Notes: generated from the sequence alone by a model not told the origin. A stretch of DNA of 64,000 nt from Eledone cirrhosa (GCA_964016885.1 OZ024765.1:4402001-4466000), one strand, 5' to 3'. Numbered from the stretch's first letter, positions 1 to 11,870 are shown. Numbers and translations: made by a program.

Positions 1-157
1 ATAATTATCTCACATAATATCGAATCTATGAGATTTTTATGTTATTTATGTTAAGAAAAATACCTTAAAATACGTATGAGTGGCCGGTTATCGCTGGTTT
101 GGAAAGAAAGAGGTGAGGGAATTCTGGCCGGTCACGGCTGGTTTAAATACTAAAGGG
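1..157 (+). mobile_element. Right end of a piggyBac-like non-autonomous element (diverged relative of 3980-4661 and 35342-36323)
   Basis: Ends ...TAAAGGG followed by TTAA (158-161); similar to 36200-36327 over ~150 bp. Confidence 0.6.
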
Positions 158-162
158 TTAAC

Positions 163-240
163 AAACAATTCCTGCTTTTATTCATATGTCTATGTAAATA
201 GGTATGTTTATGGTAGTAAATTGTAATCTCACCCCACCTT

Positions 241-336
<96 letters not shown>

Positions 337-418
337 CAGAAAGGTGGGGTGAGATTACAATTTACTACCATAAACATACCTATTTACATAGACATATGAA
401 TAAAAGCAGGAATTGTTT
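163..418. repeat. Palindrome with ~80-bp unique arms centred on (TC)n(TA)n(GA)n
   Basis: 163-245 is the reverse complement of ~335-418; the identical N-termini of the opposite-strand ORFs 150..377 and 204..488 reflect this. Confidence 0.95.
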
Positions 419-630
419 TGGCAAGTTTGCTCGACAAATCAGTGATTTGGAGATAAATATAGATAATTTAATATATCAACTAACATAAGCGCACAGATGC
501 ACGCCCATGCTAGCAAATACACAGGTTATGTCATAGTACCTAGGTGGTTCAATGCAGGAGAATGCAGAACAATAATATAAAAGACGTAAAATAAGAAAAT
601 ACTTTTTAAAAAAATTTAAAAAAATTTTTT
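416..630 (-). repeat. Inverted partial copy of the 558-bp tandem unit
   Basis: Reverse complement of ~960-1175. Confidence 0.95.
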
Positions 631-857
631 TTTTTTTTTTTTTTTAAATTTTTTTTAAAAATTTTACCATCCCATTCCTTCTAACTAGCCTCTGTGTCAC
701 GTGATTGATTCTTTAGAATCGGCCATTTGACCTGAAGCAGTGAGAATTTCGGTACATAGAATCCAGTCCTCGCCAGCTGTTCGATCTACCGAATTATTAT
801 TATTTTTATATGAGCCGCCAGTGTCCGCGCATTGCCTGGAGACTTAACTGAGAATAG

Positions 858-939
858 ACTCCCTGATGACGCAATGAATTCTCGACAGTTGGATTATGTA
901 ACTGTCTTTATCCCATTGCAGAAACTAATTAGTTGGAGT
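858..939 (+). ncRNA. Type I hammerhead ribozyme motif, copy 1
   Basis: Stem I ACTCC/GGAGT; CTGATGA 863-869; stem II GCAATG/CATTGC with inner GACAGTT/AACTGTC; GAAA 921-924; palindromic stem III ACTAATTAGT; triplet GTT 932-934. Confidence 0.8.
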
Positions 940-1415
940 GAAAATTTAAGTAAGTAAGTAAAAAAATTTTAAAAAATTTTTTTAAAAAGTATTTTCTTAT
1001 TTTACGTCTTTTATATTATTGTTCTGCATTCTCCTGCATTGAACCACCTAGGTACTATGACATAACCTGTGTATTTGCTAGCATGGGCGTGCATCTGTGC
1101 GCTTATGTTAGTTGATATATTAAATTATCTATATTTATCTCCAAATCACTGATTTGTCGAGCAAACTTGCCAAAACCACTTCTAAAAAAATTTTTTGGGG
1201 TGTTAGTAGGCGTCAGTCATCTTACCATCCCATTCCTTCTAACTAGCCTCTGTGTCACGTGATTGATTCTTTAGAATCGGCCATTTGACCTGAAGCAGTG
1301 AGAATTTCGGTACATAGAATCCAGTCCTCGCCAGCTGTTCGATCTACCGAATTATTATTATTTTTATATGAGCCGCCAGTGTCCGCGCATTGCCTGGAGA
1401 CTTAACTGAGAATAG

Positions 1416-1497
1416 ACTCCCTGATGACGCAATGAATTCTCGACAGTTGGATTATGTAACTGTCTTTATCCCATTGCAGAAACTAATTAGTTGGAGT
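1416..1497 (+). ncRNA. Type I hammerhead ribozyme motif, copy 2
   Basis: Same sequence as 858-939 (+558). Confidence 0.8.
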
Positions 1498-1973
1498 GAA
1501 AATTTAAGTAAGTAAGTAAAAAAATTTTAAAAAATTTTTTTAAAAAGTATTTTCTTATTTTACGTCTTTTATATTATTGTTCTGCATTCTCCTGCATTGA
1601 ACCACCTAGGTACTATGACATAACCTGTGTATTTGCTAGCATGGGCGTGCATCTGTGCGCTTATGTTAGTTGATATATTAAATTATCTATATTTATCTCC
1701 AAATCACTGATTTGTCGAGCAAACTTGCCAAAACCACTTCTAAAAAAATTTTTTGGGGTGTTAGTAGGCGTCAGTCATCTTACCATCCCATTCCTTCTAA
1801 CTAGCCTCTGTGTCACGTGATTGATTCTTTAGAATCGGCCATTTGACCTGAAGCAGTGAGAATTTCGGTACATAGAATCCAGTCCTCGCCAGCTGTTCGA
1901 TCTACCGAATTATTATTATTTTTATATGAGCCGCCAGTGTCCGCGCATTGCCTGGAGACTTAACTGAGAATAG

Positions 1974-2055
1974 ACTCCCTGATGACGCAATGAATTCTCG
2001 ACAGTTGGATTATGTAACTGTCTTTATCCCATTGCAGAAACTAATTAGTTGGAGT
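1974..2055 (+). ncRNA. Type I hammerhead ribozyme motif, copy 3
   Basis: Same sequence as 858-939 (+1116). Confidence 0.8.
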
Positions 2056-2531
2056 GAAAATTTAAGTAAGTAAGTAAAAAAATTTTTAAAAATTTTTTTA
2101 AAAAGTATTTTCTTATTTTACGTCTTTTATATTATTGTTCTGCATTCTCCTGCATTGAACCACCTAGGTACTATGACATAACCTGTGTATTTGCTAGCAT
2201 GGGCGTGCATCTGTGCGCTTATGTTAGTTGATATATTAAATTATCTATATTTATCTCCAAATCACTGATTTGTCGAGCAAACTTGCCAAAACCACTTCTA
2301 AAAAAATTTTTTGGGGTGTTAGTAGGCGTCAGTCATCTTACCATCCCATTCCTTCTAACTAGCCTCTGTGTCACGTGATTGATTCTTTAGAATCGGCCAT
2401 TTGACCTGAAGCAGTGAGAATTTCGGTACATAGAATCCAGTCCTCGCCAGCTGTTCGATCTACCGAATTATTATTATTTTTATATGAGCCGCCAGTGTCC
2501 GCGCATTGCCTGGAGACTTAACTGAGAATAG

Positions 2532-2613
2532 ACTCCCTGATGACGCAATGAATTCTCGACAGTTGGATTATGTAACTGTCTTTATCCCATTGCAGAAACT
2601 AATTAGTTGGAGT
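2532..2613 (+). ncRNA. Type I hammerhead ribozyme motif, copy 4
   Basis: Same sequence as 858-939 (+1674). Confidence 0.8.
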
Positions 2614-2680
2614 GAAAATTTAAGTAAGTAAGTAAAAAAATTTTAAAAAATTTTTTTAAAAAGTATTTTCTTATTTTACG

Positions 2681-2749
<69 letters not shown>

Positions 2750-2780
2750 ATATATATATAGTATTGATATATATATATAT

Positions 2781-2964
2781 AAATGAAGTATTTCCATCAG
2801 AAAGGTACAGGAAAAAAGACTGCTCTATGTAGGCTACAGAGCTTATTAGTTATGTAATAAACAACATAAGATAATTATTTCATTTACCAGTGGTTTCTTG
2901 AAGGCAGATATTTATATCATCTGTTATTTATTCATCCTAACGACTGAAGACAGATATAAATATC
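2781..2964 (-). mobile_element. Rearranged hammerhead-element fragment (same family as 48490-48590)
   Basis: Minus strand reads GAAACCACTGGTAAATGAAATAATTATCTTATG..., matching 48540-48588; the 5' half of the ribozyme follows in the opposite orientation with the core mutated to CTAACGA. Confidence 0.7.
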
Positions 2965-3000
2965 AATCGAAAGGTTGTGAGTTCAATTCTCGGATTAGGA

Positions 3001-3570
3001 CAAATTTTGTTGAAAATTTGGTAAATTTTTGTTGAAAATTTAGTCAAATTATGTTGAAAATTCAGTCAATTTTTGTTGCTAATTTAGTCAAATTGTGTTG
3101 AAAATTCAGCCAATTTTTGCTGAAAGTTTAGCCAAATTTTACTCATTTTTCGTTTAAAATTTAGTCAATTTTTGTAGAAAATTTAGCCAATTTTTGCTGA
3201 AAATTTAGCCAATTTTTGTTGAAAATTCAGCCAATCTTTGTTGAAAATTTAGCCAAAAATTGGTTAAATTTTCAGCAAATATTGGATAAATTTTTAGCAA
3301 AAATTGGCTGAATTTTCTACAAAAATTGGCTGAATTTTCGACAAAAAGTGGCTGAATATTCGACAAAAATTTGCTGAAATTTCGACAAAAATTGGCTAAA
3401 TTTTCTGCAAAATTTGGTTAAATTTTCAGCAAATGTTTTGCTGAAAGTTTCGCCAATTTTTGCTGATAATTTAGCCAAATTTTGTTAAAAATTCAGCCAC
3501 TTTTTGTTAAAAATTCAGCCACTTTTTGTCAAAAATTCAGCTAATTTTTGTTGAAAATTTAGCCAATGCG
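3001..3570. repeat. Degenerate ~22-bp tandem repeat (GAAAATTTAGCCAATTTTTGTT) with an internally inverted block
   Basis: Forward units ~3001-3255, reverse-complement units ~3256-3432, then forward again. Confidence 0.85.
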
Positions 3571-3589
3571 TTTTTTAATCTACTCTGGT

Positions 3590-3947
3590 TTAAGGCTTCT
3601 ATATTTTGTGCCAGGTTTCTAGTTGTGGAGTAGGACAATTGTGGAGTAATCGTGTGCCTGTTGAAAATGGTGTAGTACCTGTGCTGTTTAGGGAAGTGCT
3701 TATCCAAGGGCCTGAAGAAAGAGGCTGCGAGGTTGCTTTGTAAACTGGCACAGAAGTGGAGGTTATACCATACAAGATTGCGAGAACGGGTTTGCATCCT
3801 GGTGTAGTCCCCAGTCTCTCTACCCATTCTGTCCGAGTACGCACTACACAGTTGCTGTGGGCGCCTGGACAGAGATGATATGCTACGGGATACGCTATTT
3901 ACTATGGCCCTCTTCACTGACCAGGATGGTTTTTCTGCTAGTATCAA
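3590..3947 (-). pseudogene. Penelope-like retroelement ORF fragment (RT C-terminus / linker before GIY-YIG endonuclease)
   Basis: Translation KRAIVNSVSRSISSLS...RNLVWYNLHFCASLQSNLAASFFRPLDKHFPKQHRYYTIFNRHTI..LSYSTTRNLAQNI resembles the PLE motif RNIIWFNPPF...FLxLLDKHFP..H..HKIFNRxTVKLSYS, recognised from memory. Confidence 0.75.
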
Positions 3948-3979
3948 TAATTAGTTACTGTAAAGATTTGAACTATTAA

Positions 3980-4661
3980 CCCTTTAATGTTCAAACCAGC
4001 CAGAATTTTCTAACTCTTTCTGTTGAAACTGGCTGTAACTGGTTGCTCAAACTGATGTTAAGGTATTGTTCTCAAAATAAATAACACCAAAATATCATAG
4101 ATTCAATGATATGTGAGGTATTGTGTGAGGTAAAGCATTTACCATGAAAATATAATAGTATATATATAGAGTAATGTAAATGTTATGTGAGATATTATGT
4201 GAGGTAAAGCCTTTACTGTGAAAATACAATAGTATATATAGAGTAATGTAAATGTTATGTGAGGTATTGTGTGAGGTAAAGCATTTACCATGAAAATATA
4301 ATAGTATATATATAGAGTAATGTAAATGTTATGTGAGATATTATGTGAGGTAAAGCCTTTACTGTGAAAATACAATAGTATATATAGAGTAATGTAAATG
4401 TTATGTGAGATATTATGTGACGTAAAGCCTTTACTGTGAAAATATAATAGTATATATAGAGTAATATAAATGTTATATGAGATATTATGTGAGGTAAAGC
4501 CTTTAACATGAAAATATAATAGTATATATAGAGTATTATGTGAGATATTATGTGAGGTAAAGCATTTACCATGAAAATATAATAGTATATATAGAGTAAT
4601 GTAAATAATTGTTTCTACTTTAGGCACAAGGCCAGCAATTACCCAGTACATTACTAACGGG
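3980..4661 (-). mobile_element. piggyBac-like MITE with internal ~69-bp minisatellite
   Basis: TTAA|CCC at 3976-3982 and GGG|TTAA at 4659-4665; reverse complement of the family at 35342-36323; ~50-bp SINE tail fragment near the right end. Confidence 0.75.
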
Positions 4662-4994
4662 TTAAAGAACACCAACTATCAATGAAGTCATCCTTGCCAT
4701 ACCATAACCACTAACACCACCACCATCACTAACACCACCACCTTCATCATCACTAACACCACAACCATCATCTTCACTACCACCACCACCATACCATTCA
4801 ACAATACATTACCTTTCTATAGTCTGTACCATTTCTCAACATATAATGCCAACCAAATATGCTTTTAGTTCAAAATGGTTCCTATTTATTTTAAACATTA
4901 ACTGTTTTTTCTGAACAATTTTATGTGGAAACTTGCTTTGACATATTTAACCCCTGTTTTCACAATAGCATTTTTTTCAACACACTGACGAGTA

Positions 4995-5550
4995 TGTGTA
5001 TGTGTGTGTGTATGTGTGCGCGTGTGTATATGTGTGTGTATGTATACAGTTATATGTATGAGTATATAAATATAAATGTGCAAACACAGAAACACTTAGA
5101 CACCTACAAAAATACATACTCACACACATACATTCATACAAACACACACATACATTCACACAAACACACATACATTCACACAAACACACATACATTCACA
5201 CAAATACACATACATTCACATAAAACACACATACATTCACATAAAAACACACATACATTCATACAAACACACACATACATTCACACACACACATATACAT
5301 TCATACAAACACACACACATACATTCACAAAAACACACACATACATGCACACAAACACACACATACATTCACACATACATTCACACAAACACACATACAT
5401 TCATACAAACACACACATACATTCATACAAACACACACATACATTCACATAAAAACACACATACATTCACAAAAACACACATACATTCATACAAACACAC
5501 ATACATTCACACAAACACACACAAACACACACATACATTCACATACACAG
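4995..5550. repeat. (TG)n and CA-rich low-complexity repeat (ACACATACATTCAC)
   Basis: Direct inspection. Confidence 0.9.
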
Positions 5551-5717
5551 CATAACAAATGGAACACCAGCCACTATTTTGCCATAGTTTTTTCACCATC
5601 CCCTTCCTTCTTTTACACACACATATATTCACACAGGCAGCAGATGTAACAAGAGAGGAGTAGTATGAGGTAGTCAACCTACTCCTCTCTCTTTACCCGT
5701 TGTGACACAGATAGATA

Positions 5718-8700
5718 TGTAGACCCTAGAAAACCTGGAATGAGGTGATAAAAGCTGACCTTTTTTGCACCTCTCAAAGGCGATGACACACAACCGTGAC
5801 CTCTGACATCACGCAGTAATACAGAAGACCCGACTTCCTACGGGTACAAGCCGAAGCTGAAGCATATAGACAATATGCCCCCACTGCAAAGTGGTCATGG
5901 AGGTGTCATGGCAAAAAGCCCCAGTTCACACTGTAAAGTGGTCATGGAGGTGTCACAACAAAAAGCCCCAGTTCACACTGTAAAGTGGTCATGTAGGTGT
6001 CACAACAAAAAGCCCCAGTTCACACTGTAAAGTGGTCATGTAGGTGTCACAACAAAAAGCCCCAGTCCACACTGTAAAGTGGTCATGGAGGTGTCACAAC
6101 AAAAAGCCCCAGTCCACACTGTAAAGTGGTCATGGAGGTGTCACAACAAAAAGCCCCAGTCCACACTGTAAAGTGGTCATGGAGGTGTCACAACAAAAAG
6201 CCCCAGTCCACACTGTAAAGTGGTCATGGAGGTGTCACAACAAAAAGCCCCAGTCCACACTGTAAAGTGGTCATGTAGGTGTCACAACAAAAAGCCCCAG
6301 TCCACACTGTAAAGTGGTCATGGAGGTGTCACAACAAAAAGCCCCAGTCCACACTGTAAAGTGGTCATGTAGGGGTCACAACAAAAAGCCCCAGTCCACA
6401 CTGTAAAGTGGTCATGTAGGTGTCACAACAAAAAGCCCCAGTCCACACTGTAAAGTGGTCATGTAGGTGTCACAACAAAAAGCCCCAGTCCACACTGTAA
6501 AGTGGTCATGGAGGTGTCACAACAAAAAGCCCCAGTCCACACTGTAAAGTGGTCATGTAGGTGTCACAACAAAAAGCCCCAGTCCACACTGTAAAGTGGT
6601 CATGTAGGTGTCACAACAAAAAGCCCCAGTCCACACTGTAAAGTGGTCATGGAGGTGTCACAACAAAAAGCCCCAGTCCACACTGTAAAGTGGTCATGTA
6701 GGGGTCACAACAAAAAGCCCCAGTCCACACTGTAAAGTGGTCATGTAGGTGTCACAACAAAAAGCCCCAGTCCACACTGTAAAGTGGTCATGTAGGTGTC
6801 ACAACAAAAAGCCCCAGTCCACACTGTAAAGTGGTCATGTAGGTGTCACAACAAAAAGCCCCAGTCCACACTGTAAAGTGGTCATGGAGGTGTCACAACA
6901 AAAAGCCCCAGTCCACACTGTAAAGTGGTCATGGAGGTGTCACAACAAAAAGCCCCAGTCCACACTGTAAAGTGGTCATGTAGGTGTCACAACAAAAAGC
7001 CCCAGTCCACACTGTAAAGTGGTCATGTAGGTGTCACAACAAAAAGCCCCAGTCCACACTGTAAAGTGGTCATGGAGGTGTCACAACAAAAAGCCCCAGT
7101 CCACACTGTAAAGTGGTCATGGAGGTGTCACAACAAAAAGCCCCAGTCCACACTGTAAAGTGGTCATGGAGGTGTCACAACAAAAAGCCCCAGTCCACAC
7201 TGTAAAGTGGTCATGGAGGTGTCACAACAAAAAGCCCCAGTCCACACTGTAAAGTGGTCATGTAGGTGTCACAACAAAAAGCCCCAGTCCACACTGTAAA
7301 GTGGTCATGGAGGTGTCACAACAAAAAGCCCCAGTCCACACTGTAAAGTGGTCATGTAGGTGTCACAACAAAAAGCCCCAGTCCACACTGTAAAGTGGTC
7401 ATGGAGGTGTCACAACAAAAAGCCCCAGTCCACACTGTAAAGTGGTCATGGAGGTGTCACAACAAAAAGCCCCAGTCCACACTGTAAAGTGGTCATGGAG
7501 GTGTCACAACAAAAAGCCCCAGTCCACACTGTAAAGTGGTCATGGAGGTGTCACAACAAAAAGCCCCAGTCCACACTGTAAAGTGGTCATGGAGGTGTCA
7601 CAACAAAAAGCCCCAGTCCGCACTGTAAAGTGGTCATGGAGGTGTCACAACAAAAAGCCCCAGTCCACATTGTAAAGTGGTCATGTAGGTGTCACAACAA
7701 AAAGCCCCAGTTCACACTGTAAAGTGGTCATGTAGGTGTCACAACAAAAAGCCCCAGTCCACACTGTAAAGTGGTCATGGAGGTGTCACAACAAAAAGCC
7801 CCAGTCCACACTGTAAAGTGGTCATGGAGGTGTCACAACAAAAAGCCCCAGTCCACACTGTAAAGTGGTCATGTAGGTGTCACAACAAAAAGCCCCAGTT
7901 CACACTGTAAAGTGGTCATGTAGGTGTCACAACAAAAAGCCCCAGTCCACACTGTAAAGTGGTCATGTAGGTGTCACAACAAAAAGCCCCAGTTCACACT
8001 GTAAAGTGGTCATGGAGGTGTCACAACAAAAAGCCCCAGTCCACACTATAAAGTGGTCATGTAGGTGTCACAACAAAAAGCCCCAGTACACACTGTAAAG
8101 TGGTCATGGAGGTGTCACAACAAAAAGCCCCAGTCCACACTGTAAAGTGGTCATGTAGGTGTCACAACAAAAAGCCCCAGTCCACACTGTAAAGTGGTCA
8201 TGGAGGTGTCACAACAAAAAGCCCCAGTCCACACTATAAAGTGGTCATGTAGGTGTCACAACAAAAAGCCCCAGTACACACTGTAAAGTGGTCATGGAGG
8301 TGTCACAACAAAAAGCCCCAGTCCACACTGTAAAGTGGTCATGTAGGTGTCACAACAAAAAGCCCCAGTCCACACTGTAAAGTGGTCATGGAGGTGTCAC
8401 AACAAAAAGCCCCAGTCCACACTATAAAGTGGTCATGTAGGTGTCACAACAAAAAGCCCCAGTACACACTGTAAAGTGGTCATGGAGGTGTCACAACAAA
8501 AAGCCCCAGTCCACACTGTAAAGTGGTCATGTAGGTGTCACAACAAAAAGCCCCAGTCCACACTGTAAAGTGGTCATGTAGGTGTCACAACAAAAAGCCC
8601 CAGTCCACACTGTAAAGTGGTCATGGAGGTGTCACAACAAAAAGCCCCAGTCCACACTGTAAAGTGGTCATGTAGGTGTCACAACAAAAAGCCCCAGTCC

Positions 8701-8981
8701 ACACTGTAAAGTGGTCATGTAGGTGTCACAACAAAAAGCCCCAGTCCACACTGTAAAGTGGTCGTGGAGGTGTCACGGCAGGCAAAAAAGCACCCAGCAC
8801 TCACTGTAAATGAGGTTGGTGTTAGGAAGGGCATCCAGCTGTAGAGATCAAGTCAAAATCAGTTCTGAATGAGCAAGACATGGCCAGCCAATGGTACACT
8901 GCCCACAACAGGACAACCTGTCTAACCCATGCTAGCATGGAAGAATGGACGTAAATCGGTGATGATGATGATAATGATGAT
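5718..8981 (+). mobile_element. 5'-truncated RTE LINE 3' end with a 47-bp array expanded in its 3' UTR
   Basis: 5718-5860 matches the RTE ORF end (RP.KTWNEVIKADL); 8780-8981 matches the RTE 3' UTR and ends in a (GAT)n tail. Confidence 0.85.
5882..8778 (+). repeat. 47-bp minisatellite, ~61 copies
   Basis: Unit AGTCCACACTGTAAAGTGGTCATG(G/T)AGGTGTCACAACAAAAAGCCCC. Confidence 0.97.
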
Positions 8982-9351
8982 AGATCCCCTTCCTTCCTTT
9001 TACACACACACACTTTCACACAGGTAGGAGACATAAAGCGAGAGCAGTAGTATGAGGTAGTCAAACAACTCCTCTCTCTATGTATTATGACAGAATTGCA
9101 GAAATTTATATATAGAAGATCCATTGATAAATTTCAGATATACAGACGATTCCTAAAGATATTTGCTTCTAATAAATCGATGAAATAAAAAGATATATGA
9201 TAGGACATTTTTTCTTTCCGTTTAAAATGTGGAGAGTGATATGCTGTGTCTTTCAGGAAGAAGATTTATTAAAATGGTGGAACTTTTTTGTCACTTTTTT
9301 GTGGTTATATCTATATTTTTTTATGTGTCGCTGATTGTATTTTATTTTATT

Positions 9352-9994
9352 TTGTATGTATAAGGTGTATTATTGTGTATGTGTAAAGGTGTGTATTTTT
9401 GTATGTGTAAAGGTGTGTTTGGGTGAGTGTATTATTGTGTATGTGTAAAGGTGTGTTTGGGTGAGTGTATTATTGTGTATGTGTAAAGGTGTGTATTTTT
9501 GTATGTGTAAAGGTGTGTTTGGGTGAGTGTATTATTGTGTATGTGTAAAGATGTGTATTTTTGTATGTGTAAAGGTGTGTTTGGGTGAGTGTATTATTGT
9601 GTATGTGTAAAGGTGTGTATTTTTGTATGTGTAAAGGTGTGTTTGGGTGAGTGTATTATTGTGTGCATGTAAAGGTGTGCATTATTTGTGTGTGTGTGTT
9701 TGTATAAAGGTGTATTTTATTGTATGTGTAAAAGTGTGTGTGTGTGTGTGTGTGTGGAAAGGTGTGTATTATTTGTGTGTTTGTGTAAAGGTGTGTATTA
9801 TTTGTGTGTATGTGTAAAGGTGTGTATTATTTGTGTGTTTGTGTAAAGGTGTGCATTATTTGTGTGTGTGTGTTTGTATAAAGGTGTATTTTATTGTATG
9901 TGTAAAAGTGTGAGTGTGTGTGTGTGTGTGTGGAAAGGTGTGTATTATTTGTGTGTTTGTGTAAAGGTGTGCATTATTTGTGTGTATGTGTAAA
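9352..9994. repeat. TG-rich degenerate minisatellite
   Basis: Recurrent GTATGTGTAAAGGTGTGT units. Confidence 0.9.
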
Positions 9995-10355
9995 GCTGCA
10001 TGCCCCTCCTAACACCAACCACATTTACAGTGTGGACTGGGAACTTTTTACAATGTTACCTGCCCGGCCACATTAGTGTGGATTGTGTTGTTTTTTTGTC
10101 GTGACACCTACACAACCTCATTAGTTTGGACTGGATGTTGTGGTACCAACATAACTTTACAGAGAAAGGGATGGTGTTGATGGGGATGGGGGTAGTGGGA
10201 TGGGGGTGTATATTTTATTAAGAGGTGCCTACTAACTGTAGGTTTCGCTTTGCATGTAGGGAAGGCGGGTCTTCTGTATTACTGCGTGGTGCCAAAGATC
10301 TTGATCCAGTGACATTGTCTTAGAGAGGTTAGGTTAGCGTTATCATATCATCCCA
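9995..10355 (-). mobile_element. RTE LINE 3' fragment
   Basis: Reverse complement of the ORF end and 3' UTR seen at 44090-44435. Confidence 0.8.
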
Positions 10356-10547
10356 ATTCATTACAATAGTGTGTGTGTATATGTATTAAATGTATATATT
10401 GAGTTAGGAACGCAAAATAGTCTCTTACAACAAAATAGCTCTAAGAAAGATATTTCTGAGCCGTATATTATAATAGAATATAAAAGAAAAGCGAACACAG
10501 ATATATAGATATATGTCTTCAAATCGTAAGGGACTCGATTCGCTAAG

Positions 10548-11870
10548 TTCAGAGTTGCTGAAGCATGGAACAAACTACCTGCATCGGTTATTAGCTGCCA
10601 AGACACTGCATCCTTTAAAACCTCCATGGAACAAACTCCCTGCATCAGTTGTTAGCTGCCAAGACACTGCATCCTTTAAAACCTCCATGGAACAAACTCC
10701 CTGCATCAGTTATTAGCTGTCGAGGCACTGCATCTTTTAAAACCTCCATGGAACAAACTCCCTGCATCGGTTATTAGCTGCCAAGACACTGCATCCTTTA
10801 AAACCTCCATGGAACAAACTCCCTGCATCAGTTATTAGCTGTCGAGGCACTGCATCTTTTAAAACCTCCATGGAACAAACTCCCTGCATCAGTTGTTAGC
10901 TGTCGAGGCACTGCATCCTTTAAAACCTCCATGGAACAAACTCCCTGCATCAGTTATTAGCTGTCGAGACACTGCATCCTTTAAAACCTCCATGGAACAA
11001 ACTCCCTGCATCAGTTGTTAGCTGTCGAGGCACTGCATCCTTTAAAACCTCCATGGAACAACCTAACTGCATCAGTTATTAGCTGTCGAGGCACTGCATC
11101 CTTTAAAACCTCCATGGAACAAACTCCCTGCATCAGTTATTAGCTGTCGAGGCACTGCATCCTTGAAAACCTCCATGGAACAACCTAACTGCATCAGTTA
11201 TTAGCTGTCGAGGCACTGCCTCCTTTAAAACCTCCATGGAACAAACTCCCTGCATCAGTTATTAGCTGTCGAGACACTGCATCCTTTAAAACCTCCATGG
11301 AACAAACTCCCTGCATCAGTTGTTAGCTGTCGAGGCACTGCATCCTTTAAAACCTCCATGGAACAACCTAACTGCATCAGTTATTAGCTGTCGAGGCACT
11401 GCATCCTTTAAAACCTCCATGGAACAAACTCCCTGCATCAGTTATTAGCTGTCGAGGCACTGCATCCTTGAAAACCTCCATGGAACAACCTAACTGCATC
11501 AGTTATTAGCTGTCGAGGCACTGCATCCTTTAAAACCTCCATGGAACAAACTCCCTGCATCAGTTATTAGCTGTCGAGGCACTGCATCCTTTAAAACCTC
11601 CATGGAACAACCTAACTGCATCAGTTATTAGCTGTCGAGGCACTGCATCCTTTAAAACCTCCATGGAACAAACTCCCTGCATCAGTTATTAGCTGTCGAG
11701 GCACTGCATCCTTTAAAACCTCCATGCTTCCTGAAATTCGCCAACACTACACCTAATATTCCCCCTCTATACACATGCACACATGTATATCATGACTTGT
11801 ACACGGTTCTCTTTCTTGACATTTGTACATTATTCTATGTACTATACATGCACCTTTGATGAGTTGTAGT
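10548..11870 (+). mobile_element. CR1/L2-like LINE 3' end containing a 61-bp array
   Basis: Encodes RVAEAWNKLPASVISCQDTASFKTS, then a 3' UTR homologous to the reverse complement of 16330-16460. Confidence 0.75.
10564..11726 (+). repeat. 61-bp minisatellite, 19 copies
   Basis: Unit CATGGAACAAACTCCCTGCATCAGTTATTAGCTGTCGAGGCACTGCATCCTTTAAAACCTC, bounded by CATG at both ends. Confidence 0.97.

Larger units (their letters stand above)
664..2690 (+). mobile_element. Tandem array of 558-bp hammerhead-containing units (~3.6 copies), Penelope pLTR / retrozyme-like
   Basis: Units start at 664, 1222, 1780 and 2338, are near-identical and carry one hammerhead each; the array runs into (TA)n at 2690. 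Confidence 0.75.

Noticed and set aside
5882-8778. CRISPR-like regular array (also 10564-11726 and 17110-18983)
   Set aside because: Units are contiguous with no unique spacers, there are no cas genes, and two of the arrays trace to LINE sequence.
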